Below, in pieces: positions 12,388 through 25,647 of a DNA stretch of 64,000 nt. Under the pieces are notes generated by a model, which had not been told where the DNA came from, ran no database searches, and saw only the letters and a list, made by a program, of their open reading frames with translations. The first letter of the stretch is position 1. Each line of letters opens with the position of its first letter. The translations under genes and the position numbers were made by a program. Where the stretch lies: the NCBI GenBank assembly GCA_023213395.1, contig CM041465.1, forward strand, positions 160,091,741 through 160,155,740. The letters are read 5' to 3'. Origin of the DNA: Cycas panzhihuaensis (lineage: Eukaryota; Plantae; Cycadophyta).

Positions 12388-14780
12388 ATCCTATAGTGAT
12401 TGGGGGAAGAGCTTAATGAGCACGTGGTCATATGCCTAATAGTTAATGCATGCCATGGTGAATGCCTTGATATGATTGATCAAATCTTGAGAAGAAGTAC
12501 CATCAAATTTAGGTACTTTGGAGGGATGGGGTGGTAGATTAGTCCTTAAAGCCTTGATTGAGAGGGGGCTTGAACTATAGTCCACAAAAGGCATACCCCA
12601 AGTTTGGCTAAAAAATCGATAGAGGGATAAGTAGGGGTTAGGTGAGAATAATTTATTTTAGTATAAGGTGGATAAGGAGGGATGGGATAGGTGGTATGTC
12701 CCTATTAGTAAGAAATATATGAGGGTGTCAAATAGGGGGTCCCTCATACTTGATGAGGGGGAATCATGCCTGAGTATAGGTAAACCAAGTATGGGGGTGG
12801 TCGAGGATACCTTGGCCCACCTCGCACTTGAGTGGTATAGGTAGAGGCAACGTGAGCTAGTGCCCCTTAGGGAATGGAGGTATAATGGGGTGGCATGTGA
12901 GGTGTCACAGGTAACCCTTAATAGGAGACTTAAGGTGGGATGGGTTATGTCACATAGGAAGTAGGATGCGGTAAGGTATTTTGACGAAATGTCCTTCCTA
13001 TAGGAGCAGCAACCCCATAGGGGTGGAGTGGGTCCACCCCATAAGTGGGTAAGGGGTGAAAGTCCTTATGCCTCCACTATTATGACATATAACCATGGGG
13101 GATGTAAAGTGAGGGATCCCCATGTCTTGGGTGAGGCTGAATAGGTATTCCTCCTCCTTATCCCAAGTATCAAGGATGAGGAGAAATGGTAGGGATAACA
13201 ATAGGGACTAAGGCCATGCGTAGTTAGGAAATGGTTCTTTGAAGGAGCAGAACATTTGTTGTATCCTAGGATTGGGCTAGAGTATATATGCCCTCTTCAT
13301 TTAGTGAAATTTTTATGGAAGCAGATGTCACAATTTCCTCTTGAAGAGGGGTTATGGTTGTTTGTCTAGGAACATAAGGGGGAATTAGGATAAGTCCTAA
13401 AGTAGAAGTAAAGAGTAGCCTATGGGCCCATCCAAGAGCATCTTCACTCACTAATTCAAAGTGGTCCCTTAAGGCTTCTATGGTATCCCATAAAGGGGTG
13501 TGGGTTTGGTTAAGAGGGGAGGCATAACCCCCCTTATTGATTAAGATGAATAGAAAAAGGAAAAGGACCTTATTCAGAGTCCCAAGTAAGGTCATGGGAT
13601 TAGGTCACCCCAATAATGTGGGTATGGGGGCTCACTAAGTTTTGGTAGAACTCAGATGGATCATGAAAATAATATGAAAGATCCCTACCTACATGGGTAG
13701 GATCCTCATATGGCTAGGGTGCCTCAGTTGGAGGCCAATCCTAAGCATATGAATCATATGCCCAATTAGACGAGTGAGTCATCATTAGCAATTCTTAGTC
13801 ACTCCATAAAATGAGGGTGTAATTAGGATTGCACTCCAAAGGAGGGAGCCCTTATAAATGACATGAAAAGTACCACATCCAAGGAGTTACTAACCTAGTT
13901 AGAAGTATAAAAGTGGAAGCAAGAATATTGTGCAGTGCTACACAAACACCCTCAACTAAACACAAGATGGTGGGGAAGGAAACTAATGTCTAAATACTCT
14001 ATAGACACCCCTACTAGCGAGTCCCTAGTATGATCACTAGTGAAATGCTCTAAAGGGAGATAAGTAAGAATGTTACTACCTTAGTTCACGTGTAGAGCTG
14101 AAGGTGTAAAGGCCAAACAGGGTAGGCAATTGTCATAGTGCCAACTTAGGCATCTGTGTGCTTCTTGAGCATGTTTGCAAGGGGGTTATACATATTTTTC
14201 TATGGTTGTATGCTAAACTAAGGGTAATGCAGTATGTACATGTGTGTTGAGAAATGACATGTGGTTGTGCTTTATTTATTTTATTCCTTTTGGCAAAACC
14301 CAAGGTTAACTAAAAAGGGGATTAATACACACATACCTAGATGCAAACTATCTACTCTTTTCCTTTTTAGATGCCTCTACACCCTGACCTAGTTTTTGTA
14401 TAATATCTCCTTACAAATTTAGGACCTATAACAAGTGGTCCCTCCTCACATCTTAGGTTTATGCTACATAGGATACATAAAGTCAATCCCTTATTCCTAT
14501 TGTTAATACAAATACAAATAAACTAAGATGAAAATAAGAAAAAGAAAATGTTTTCCTTATTTTATTTATTTTTTATTTTATGTGGAGAAGAAAGAGGGGG
14601 GATAACTATGAAAGACTTTTCCTTTTTTTTTTCCCTTTTTTTTAAGGTAAAAAAGAAAAAGGAAAAAGGAAGGGGTGAGAAACAGGGTAGGGAGCTCCTT
14701 TCTTTTCCTATTCCTCTTTATTTTCCAAATAAAACAAAGAAATTTCTTAGTCCTTTTGTCTTTTTTTCTTTTTCTTTTTG

Positions 14781-14781
<1 letters not shown>

Positions 14782-14813
<32 letters not shown>
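14782..14813. repeat. (TA)n microsatellite
   Basis: Direct TA run; it generates the YIYIYI stretch of ORF 14548-14871. Confidence 0.9.
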
Positions 14814-14816
<3 letters not shown>

Positions 14817-16745
14817 CATTCTAAATATGATAATAACAAGAAATCAAACTAATAAGTATATACTTGGCTAAGTGGATGATTGCTTATTGCATATGCCTAT
14901 CTCCTAATTTTCCAAGAATCTCTTAAGGGAGTAAAAGTGACCAAAGAGGCCACTATACTAAATCTAAAAGAAAATTCGACAAAAAATTAAAATAAAAGAT
15001 GATAAACAAGGCTTTAACCTTACCATTTTTGGAGAACTATTATGATGAGGATTGCTAAGAAGTTACTTGAGATAGTAGTAGGTACCTTGGAGAATTTGTT
15101 AGCTTCATTCTCCTCCCTATAACTAAATTAGAATCCTATAAGCAAAATTGCCTAACAAGAAAACCAATATCTAAATATGCCTATCCTCAAGTAATATCAA
15201 ATAAGTTCCTATACTAAATGAGATGTTATCCGAAGGAAAGTGAAATAAGCAAATAGGATCAATGGAAGTGCCTCAGAATGGATCCTATCCTCTAATATTT
15301 ATGGACTCAATAAGTGTACTTAGATGCCACCTTCCTTTATTTGCAACTTTCACAATCAATAGATGAGGAAAAAAGACAAGCAATGGAGGAAACAAATGGA
15401 AAAGGCACAAGAGAATTAGAATACCAAAAAGAAATTAGCATAAACTCTACCATTTAGCATGAACAAATGTCATAGAAATAGAAAATGGGAGCCAAAGAAA
15501 CAATCATCCAAAATGATAGAGAAGGATTACCTATCCCTCTAAAAGAATAGGGGCCAATAGCTACAAATATCTCTTTCAAGGGTCTCCAACAATAATTTGA
15601 TATGATATCTTCAAAGCTTTGATAGAAAGCTAGAAAGTGAAGCAAGGTTGTCAAAATCCTAGAATAATTTTAGCAATATAACAATAGGGTCTCAATATCT
15701 CTTAGTCTCCTCCCCTTCTAATAAAAAAAAGTGGGGATTAAGTAGATGAAAGTAAGGAGTAGGGTGGGTGGTTTTCTACCTATAATGTGGGGCAAACCAC
15801 AACCTAAAACCATGAGTTCGCTCATGATTTGATATAAATTTACTTAGGAAGAGGGAGATTTGGGTAGGATTTTGGCTTCCTTAGTCACCCAAATTTGATA
15901 GGGGCCAACTTAGGGCTAACGTAATCTACCCAGCTTCTAACAAATCAACACTAATGAGCTAATTATCATCAAAAATCCTGAATCTAGGTAGGTGATAGTT
16001 ATACTATGAACATATTTATGATACCATAAATATTTTCATGGTACCACAAAGTACTTCATGATACCATTTTACAAGAACAAATGACAATAGTTTGATAACA
16101 AATTTAATTTTTTAGTAAAAGGACTATATAACTTGGTAGAAATCCATTAATGAAGGATTTTAGGTATAGATGCAGTCAACAATACGTGGCAAAAGGATAA
16201 AAAATGGGGCTAATAGGTCAAAATAAAAGTGAAATGATGTTGTAAAAAGGGAAGATGATGCCTTTTCTAGCCTAGAGAGCTTGATGGGTGGACTAACAAC
16301 TATGAACTGGAGTTATACTCATCATCAGCTAAAAGGAACATGAGCAAGTAACTAGACCAATAAGAAAAATATGCTCCATTATCTAAAAACATGATGTATA
16401 GAGTTAATATAACAAAGAGTAGTGAAACATACATATTTATCACTAGTCTATGCCATTCTTAGGAGCCACAAAATAGTACTTATATACCTTCTTCCTTGAC
16501 CTTCCTTACCATTAAGGCATAATATGTATTGGTTAAATTTACTTCTTTTAGGAATTTCTTCATTGCCAACATAGTTTTTACCTTCCCTTCTTCCTTCATG
16601 AGCAATACCACCATGCTTATACTATCCTTTTAAAAGGTGTAATTATTATTTCTTCTATCATGACAGGTATTCCTATTATACTAACCTTCCTGGTAACATA
16701 TTACATACATCAATTATAATAATATCACACCATACCTCATTATAT

Positions 16746-17822
16746 TATTGGATGTAATATCTAATTACATAATTTACCCTATTCACACACTCTTTCATAT
16801 TCATATTCCCTATTTATATTCATGGTCACCTTGAGTTATTTGCCATATAGAAATGTGTGACATAATATAATAATTGACCCTTAAGGGTTCATACATGATG
16901 AGTAATATTATAAGTGTGGATATCATTTTTTACATAATTTGAAGTGTGACCATTCTTCCACCATTCTTTATATTTAACTTACACATACTTCATCCTTGTT
17001 ATGCTTATTATCTCATTCTTTTACTCACCTCATGTTTATTATTATAAGCATCTATCTTATTCCAACATAGTGGTATTAAAGCCCAAGGTTTGTTCCTTGA
17101 TAATAGGTGTTTTAAAGCCTAGTTCACCATCTTTTAGAGCCCATTATTTCTATTATTATAACATTTTTAAAATGTTGTTAAGGAACCTATTTAGTGTTCA
17201 TTTTTAGTGACCTACATTACATCTTTTAAAGAATCATTTTTAATATTTATTAAGGGTTGTATTTTCATGTATATTTAGAGTCTATTTTTCATTATTATTT
17301 TGAATTTTTTGTGGTTGTTTCATTATATTTTTTAGTCATGATTAAATGTTATCTTGAAGTTATTTTTAAGGATATTTAAAGTCTATTTTGAAGATATTTT
17401 TGAAGTTGTAAGGAGGAGTTTTGTTCTATAAAATAAAAATAGATGTATATATTGAAAGAATATTTTTTTGTTGACCTATTTATTAATGCATGTGGCTAGC
17501 CATCATAAAATTTGCATGTAGGTGAGTTATAGAGGTCACAAGCATTTTTTTAAATAATTAATTTATGAATCTAGAAAAATGGAGTAGATAAACCATAGCT
17601 ACAAGATTAATCACCCTATAAAAGTAGCCAATATACTACTTAAAAAATGAAGAAAATGTTATTTTTTTATAGTTCCTTAAGCCTTATTCCACATGCCTTT
17701 ACAAGTGCCCCATAACTAGGATTTTCTACTAGGATCATGACCATTACTTTAAAAAAAGGACTTCTATTGTAATAAGTAAAATAGAAAAAAATGATGAAAT
17801 ATATATATATGTGTGTGTGTGT

Positions 17823-17907
<85 letters not shown>

Positions 17908-20337
17908 TTCCTTTATTGTTGTTACTGTAAGGCTGAAAAGGATATATCTGCCTAATAAAATATATTATTTGGTTAGGTCTATAGAAGTCTTATAGCTTAA
18001 TGTTTTTTCTACTTTTGGTGTTTATATGAGTAGCCAAAAATTTTAAATATTAATGGTCTTTATTCTATAAGGATTGACATGATAGAAGTAGAGGAAAAAA
18101 CTCCCCATAGAAAGATAAAAGGGTAGATAATAATATGTTTCTTTACAGAACAAAATTATCAAAAATATATGGTATTTAATATGAACAGTAAATGCTAGAA
18201 ATCTAGCATTTGTAAGAGAAAGATGAAATCTGCCTTCTTAATTGGATGAGTTTGCTAGAGAATAGATTTGAAGTAAAGGGTTGAAGATCAAAAGCAAATA
18301 AATGATTTAAATGAATGATGGTTATCCTACATCTCAAAGTGCCTTTGTTTAAGTAATAAACACCTATTAGATAATAACACATGGATGGTCACCTATGGAG
18401 AAGAGTAAATGCATAATGAAGTAGTAAGAAACTTCTTTATAAAGACACATATAGGTAATGAGAGAGAAGCCCATCATGATTAGACATTATAGACTAAGTA
18501 GACCAAGCTATAAAAGAAAAGAATAGTGAGTGGAAACCCTTGTAGAAGTGCGAGGAAGGTGCTTATCATGCAAAGCTCCAAAAATATCTATAGAGTACTC
18601 TAGCCTACTACATAAAGATGATAGGTCACTAAATAATTCTACCTATGTAAAATATGACATAGACACACCTATAGATGAGGATAATCCCCTATACACAAAG
18701 ATGAAGACAACAAAGGTTATAGATAAAATTACCACCTCCTCACCACCATCGAGTTATCATTTTACAAACTAAAGAACAATACCTACAATACATAAAAATA
18801 GGAGGTAACCCTTATAAATATGGTGAATAATTATTTTAAAACCGTAATATTTGGGCTATAATATATATTTTTTAATTAATTAATATATTGCCAAATTTTT
18901 TTGGACCTTGGTAAATGCTAAATCACTATGTATTTGATTTAATCTTTTTTATAATTATAAAATTAGATTGGATTAAATTTGATGATTTTTAAGGTCTATA
19001 TCACCCCATTTAGTTAACCATTTAGTCATATGTGCAGCCCACGTGACTTATAACTAAGTAGTGAAAGGGGCTAAGCCCCTATTTTTGACCCCTAAAGGAG
19101 TTATGCTCACTTTTTTAGTTGTATCTTTAGCATACAGACTCTGATTTCAATTCTTTTAGTTGTGTTAGATTTATAACTAAGAGATCTTTTATTTGACAAG
19201 TCATTTAGTAGAATTTGGAGTTAATTTAAAGGAGAAAACTTAGCTCAAAACATTTTTTAAAAACTTAACTCTTTATATTTTTAAAATCATTTTTAGGCAT
19301 GCTTACTTATTTGTAAATGTTCCATTATATTTATTGCATATTATACTGATATAATATACCCCAAATAAGGGGCAAAATATAAAAATTATAATATAAGCTT
19401 AATTTATGATATTGAGAACCTATATTTCATTAAATTTATTAAACTATATCATTTAGAGAGAGTCATTTTATATTTTATTTTAAGTTACATCTACTTTTTA
19501 GTCATATTTGTGATATTATTATTAGACATTATAGATTATAATGCCATTTGTAAGGCTATTGAGGCAATTTGTAAGCCTGTAGAGTTATTTTTGAGGTCAG
19601 AGAGCCCTTTTATAAGGCCATAGAGTCTCTTATAATATATGTTTGGCTAGTGTAATTGATGATAATTACTTTATTATTCCATATTGGTAAGTGATAACAC
19701 CCATTTCTTCATGATACTCTTGCATTATTTTTTAGCTTATCTTTTTTTCTATATAGGATGGTGTAAAAAAGTGTTTCTAGGGTGAAGTTGACTTGACACT
19801 AACTATATCATATACATAGAGGAGGATCTTAGTTAATTAGTGATCATAGTTACTAGTTATCCATATGGTCTAGTGGATGGAGTCCACTTCATATGGATAT
19901 TAGTAATACTTTATGTTATTTACAATAATTTAATCCAACAAATATTTAAAAGACTAAAAATTATATTTCAATGTAATTTTTTAATTTTATGTAATTGTAT
20001 ATTATAGAAAGAAATGTTGGATATACTATTTAATTCCATTGTTTATCTCATTCACACACTCTCTTACATTATTTATATTTCATATTCATAGTCACTTTGA
20101 GTTGTATGTCATATAGAAATATGTGACAATATATAATGGTTGAACTTTAAGGGTTTCCATACATCATGAGTTGTATATTAAGTACATATATCATATTTTA
20201 TATAATTTATAATTTGGACATTCTTCCACCATTCTTTGTACTTAACTTGTGTATACATCATCCTTATTGTGCTTATTACTTCATTTTTTCACTCACCTTA
20301 TTTGTTTATTGTTATAAGCTTCCATCTTATTCTAATA
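16746..20337 (+). mobile_element. Old non-autonomous LTR element without recognisable coding sequence (LARD/TRIM-like)
   Basis: Diverged LTR pair 16746-17067 and 20015-20337. PBS-like TGGTATTAAAGC at 17071-17082. Purine tract before 20015. Degenerate TSD TATAT/TGTAG, whose removal restores the host protease reading frame. Confidence 0.85.
17799..17907. repeat. Compound (TA)(TG)n(GA) microsatellite
   Basis: Long TG run flanked by TA and GA runs. Confidence 0.95.
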
Positions 20338-22479
20338 TGTAGTATGTATTCCCAATGGTAAAGTTTACCAAATATCTCTTATCTACTACCATCTCAATCT
20401 CTTTCTTCACCCAAGAAATTTTCTAGTTATAGGATGCCTTTAATAATGTAATCCTAATTTTTCTACCATCTTAGTAGAAGCTATATTTTCATAACTTTTA
20501 CTATCAATAATAAGTTTATAAATCTTACCTCCTAAGTTGCATCTTGTCTAGAGCATATTATTGCATAACTATAAATAATCATTTTCTTTTACCTTTTCTT
20601 TTTCCTATATTTGACCTTATCTTGGTGTAATTGTGATTCTCCTCACCATTAATTTCTCCCTAGTGCTTATTATGACTTCTATAGGTAATTCCTTAGCTTG
20701 AGCCAACTTTACTCTTAGTTAATCCCCTTAATTTCTTGGTTGATCATAATTATAAAGATATTCATAAACCTTATAGCCTTATTCATTATATCTAAAGCAA
20801 ATAATAAGCCTCCATTGTGTATGACCTCCTCTACCAAAGGCTCTACCACTTTAGGCTCCTTGGAAACCTCTGTCTCTTAGTTAGTTTTAATATTGCCTCT
20901 ACTCACATCTCTTTAGAGTTATACCTTATCTCTTTAATTGATTGGATGATTATCCATGAGAGTGTTTAATGTCCCTCCTACCTCTAAGTATAATTGATTG
21001 GTCCTTTCTTACCATAGATAATTTTTTAATAAGGCTTCTATTGTCATTTACCTTTAACATAAATTAGTAAGCATCTTTAATATTATTAATTCTAAGGATG
21101 CTAAGCTTATACTTGATGGAAATATTTAGCCTATTTACATACCTAAAAGCCATATGCTCTTTTTTCTCTTCATGATTTACCCTAATAGATATCTTATAAA
21201 AATAATCTATATAGTCTTGGATACTCATCTCTCTTTGCCTCAAGTTCTAAAATTTTATAAACAAGGTTTGAGAATAGTCCACTAGAAGGAATTTTCCTTT
21301 CAATTTCTTTATCGTATTACTTTAAGTTCTAACCTTATCCTTCTCATTTATCACCATCTCCTTTTATAGGTGGTCCCACCATATTACTGTGTAACCTTTT
21401 AGCTTAGTGAATATAAGTTTTACTTTCTTTTCTTCTATTAGTTCTTATTATTCAAAGAATTTCTCTATAATGTTAAACTAGTTAATTAACTCTTTAGGAT
21501 TTATGTTACCTCTATACTATAAAACATCGAGCTTTCCTCTACTATTATTTTTTTCTAGTACTTTTAACATTCTTTCTTCATAGAATGGTTGTTCCTATCA
21601 CTCCTCTTCCTCAAGCTCCACTCTAACTTCTAGTTTTATTTCTACATCACTATCATATCTTCTTAGACCTTCTCTATTCCTTAAGAGGATCTGTTATCAT
21701 CTTATCACCACCTCTCTAAGAACGTTTACCCTCCTCTATATCTCTTACATACTTTTATTCAATTATAAAGTGCTTATAACCATCATGTTTCTTAACTTAT
21801 CCACATTCTTCCTATAAATACTTTTAAATTGCCTCTAATATTTTTCAAATAGATTTAAGAAAGATAGCATAAAAATCACCAATAGTTTGATGGAAACTTC
21901 TTCTTTCCCTCCTCTTAGAGCTAAACCATGCTCTCATACTAGATAATATATTGATAATCCCTTTAACAATATATAATAATTAAATATAAAGTGAAAATGT
22001 AAAACCAAACTTCATAGGAATACTTTTCCTTGAAAATCTTATATTTTATTCAAAGAGCTAAAAACTAATTATTTTACAACCAAAAAGTATATAAATCTAA
22101 GACCTTTGTTTATATAAAAAATTTAACTACCATCTCCTGTAATTAAAAAAATAACTTGGAGCAAAAAAACCCTAAAATAAAAATCCTTTTATTTCTTTTA
22201 TAAATTCTTAACTATTACTATTTTAAAAGTTCTCTAATTTACTTAAAAATTGACCCATGGATAGCCAAATATATCATGGACCACATGAAAACATAATTAA
22301 CAAAAAAAATCACTTACCTAAGGAAAGTAATATCTATAAGTTTTTATAAAATTAGAAAAAAAAAATAAATTACAATTTTAAGCACTTAAATTATGCATTT
22401 TAAGCCTAAATATAATTTATGGTTTCTTAATTTGTAGAAATCAAAAAGATTTTATCAATCATATTTGGTGGTACTATCC

Positions 22480-24640
22480 ATTAACTCAAGGTCTATGGGT
22501 CATAATTTTTTGGATTTTTTACCTTAATTAGGGATTATCTACTCCCCATAATAGGAAAACACCAATTCTTCAATTTATCTTAAAAAAGAGTCGATGGCTT
22601 ACTTATGAATAATTTAATAATTATTATCATCTAATAAATCTATGGTTTATAATTATTAAGACCTCCAATATGAAATATAGAAGACTCACAATATGGTCCA
22701 CTTTTAAGCTTATATTTTGATGTTCAACTAGGAATTATACTAAGAGTACCTATAAGATAGGAAGGCCAAGAGCATTATGGAAAAAGGATTTCATAATTTT
22801 AATAAAGACACCTTAGAGAAGGAAGGGAGTCACCCTACATTATAAGAATAGGATCTAGTTACTTCAATAGCTATAGTTCAAGGAAGTAATCCTCAAAGAG
22901 CATCATGAAACAACTACAACTAGACACTCATATATTCTCAAAACCTATGAAAGGAAAAGAAGATTATTCTATTAGAGAGGAATTAAATCATATGTAAAGA
23001 TTTTTATTTCTAAGTGTGAGACTTATCAAAGATAAAAGGTGGAATTAATATAAAATAAGGGCTACAACAGCCTCTAGAACAAATAGAATAAAAAAGGAAA
23101 GAAATATCTATGAATTTTATAACAGAGGATGCCCTACTTGTAGTAGTAAACTATTTGATAAAATACACATATTTTATTCTAATCTAATCATCTAATAAGA
23201 AATCCTAAATAGTTGAGGTATTCATTAAGAATATCCATAGGCTATATGGATTTCCTAAAAGGATAATCAATGACAAGGATCTAAAATTCACAAGTCAGTT
23301 CTAGAAGGACCTATTAAAATTAGTAGAGACCTAACTTTCCATAAGTATGACCTACCACCTCTAAATTGACGGCCAAATCAAAGTGGTCAATAAAAGTTTG
23401 GAGACATATTTATGGTTTTACACTAGGGACAACTAATTCATATGGGTAGGATAGATCCATCTGGATAAATATTGGTATAACATCAATTAGCATTCCTCCA
23501 TCAAAACAACATCCTTCATGACAAGAGACAACTACCTACCTTCTATACTAATGGATTGCATTCATACTACAACAAAAACACCCACAATGGAGGAGCTAAC
23601 ATTGTAATCAAAGAAAATCTTAAGAGAGATCAAACTATACTATGATACTATAAAGAATTGAGTGAAGCAATAAATAGACTTGAAGTGAATGAAAAGGTAG
23701 TTTATGGAAGGAGATTGTGTTTATGCAAAGTTATAACTATATAAGTAGATCTCTCTTAAACAATAAGAAAAGCACATATTAGCACTAAGATTTTAAAGCC
23801 CATACAAAATTTAAAGAAGGGTTAGAGAAGTAGCTTACACTCTTAATCTACCTCGAGGAAGCAACATTCATAATGTCTTCAACATGTCTAACCTAGAGGG
23901 AGAATGACTAAACTATTAGTGATAACTGAGGAGGATAATCTTGTGACTTAAAGGAATTATAGATACCTATAAGCATAAACTCAAACTATAAATATTATAG
24001 ACTACTTGATAAAATAAAAGGAACTACTTTGTTAAGAAGAAACTTGTCAAAATGAATAGTTCATCCATGATCAACCATCATTATCAATGCTTTGTAGGTA
24101 ATGTGATTTTTCTAAGGAAAGGGACTTGTTGTGATTGAATACAACTTGTATATTAACTAGAATTATGACTAATTATCAAACTTTGAATATTAGAAGTTAG
24201 ACTCAATTATTATTATTATTAAATTAGTAGTTTATTACTTATAATTAGGTAACTATCATTTATTTATAAATCATCTTTTGTGAATTAATTTATTTGGGGT
24301 CTTTTGATCATTTGGGCTATAAAGAGCTTCATTTCAGCCTTTTGTTTTAACTTTCATCTTGTATATTGAAGTAAATTTGATTTAGAATCACTTCAATTTC
24401 TTCTTCAAAATGCTCACAAGTGGACTCTTTATCACTTAGTTTTGGCATCTTGATTGTTTCTTCTTCAAACTACTCACAAGTATATTATTTCTTATTTGGT
24501 TAATAATTATCAACTAGTTCTTCTTAAATTTACTCATAATTGGACTCTTCCTTACATAATTTATGCATTTCAATTATTTTTTCTTAAGTATCTTAATTAG
24601 TTCATTTTCCTCTCTTTGATATATGATGGACTTGTAACTC
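22480..24640 (+). mobile_element. Chromovirus (Reina/Tekay-like) 3' fragment: integrase, chromodomain, PPT and probable 3' LTR
   Basis: ILKEHH...RHS.ILKTYER..RLFY.RGIK..V..FISKCETYQR (HHCC region), ISMNFI..LVVV, HRLYGFPKRIINDKD, YH..IDGQ.KVVNK.LE, and chromodomain-like YLIK.KEL...ET..NE. Purine tract then TGTTGTG at 24127. Right end approximate. Confidence 0.82.
24395..24600. repeat. ~59-bp degenerate tandem repeat (3-4 copies) in the putative LTR
   Basis: Recurring TTCTTCTTCAAA..(A/G)CTCACAAGT(GG)ACT units near 24398, 24458 and 24518. Confidence 0.7.
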
Positions 24641-25647
24641 CATAAATACTTACTAGACCATCTTTCAAAATGATTTGGCCTAAATTTATTCAAGAAAGAT
24701 CTTAAGAATGCTATTTGATACATGAACCAATAAGCTTTATTATTCTGAGTAGTATACTAATCAATAGCACCCCCCAAACTCTTTGCACTCAAGTATGATT
24801 TAAATGGCTCATAAGTTATTCCATATATATAAAGTGTAATATTATAAGATGATTCAATGTTATTCAATCATTCTATGAGTTGAACCTTTCCATTCCTAAT
24901 GAAAATTAGAATATCTATATTTCCTAAAATTTCCAAAATAATTATTTTTTAGTAAAGAATTAGAAAAAGGAATTTATATAAAAATAAAAATAAAATAGAA
25001 TTTCATAACCAAAATTAAAATAACTTATATTCTAACTATAAAAACTAAATGAATTTTAAGTATTATTAGGTTATCTAATAAATTTTAGATATTTTAGGGG
25101 GTAGTTAATAAATTTGAAGTATTATCAAGTTTAACCAAATCTATAGGTGATGTGATCCATAATCTAGATTCAAAAGATAACTAAGATAGCTTTAAAGAGG
25201 ATGTTAATGGCCAAAGCAAAGATAACCAAGCTAATTCAATGGCCTCCCTCTATTTAGGTGTGATCTTAATATAACCAATAGATCAATCCTAAGTTGTAGA
25301 GTTAGTTTTAAAATTTTAAAACTCTAAAATAATTACATTTTGACCAATCAAGGAAGATATGCTTAAAGAGAACATTGTTAGAGGGTTGACTAGGTTTTAG
25401 AAAGGTATTAACTTAATGTTAGCTAACAAGGATAGCATGGGCTATAGTGAGATTAAGAAAAATAGGGTAGACCATCTAACAAGGACATTTGTCTTAAAGA
25501 GACAACAAAAGGTGTAGAAGGTGGAATTTAGCCTCAACTATATATATATAATGACAAGATCATTATGAATAACTAGTTACATAAAAATCAAAATGCTAGT
25601 AAAGGAAATGTTAAGGCTAGGAAAATTCTTCCCCTCTAGGGTAGGAG

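Larger units (their letters stand above)
16490..22460 (-). mobile_element. Truncated Gypsy element (CRM-like gag-protease plus 5' LTR), split by the insertion at 16746-20337
   Basis: Minus-strand translation RCNLGGKIYKLIIDSKSYENIAS..MVEKLGL...VNFTIGNTY joins across the insertion to NEVWCDII..DVCNMLPGR. Homologous to 42515-42922. Degenerate PBS at 21930-21941. LTR begins about 21944; its right end is uncertain. Confidence 0.8.

Noticed and set aside
14548-14871. 107-aa ORF
   Set aside because: Product of T-runs, A-runs and a TA microsatellite; low complexity.
15454-15654. Possible LINE ORF1 remnant (GPYSFRG)
   Set aside because: A single weak motif with no supporting domains; not enough to annotate.
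17813-17995. Cys/Val-rich ORF
   Set aside because: Translation of a (TG)n microsatellite.
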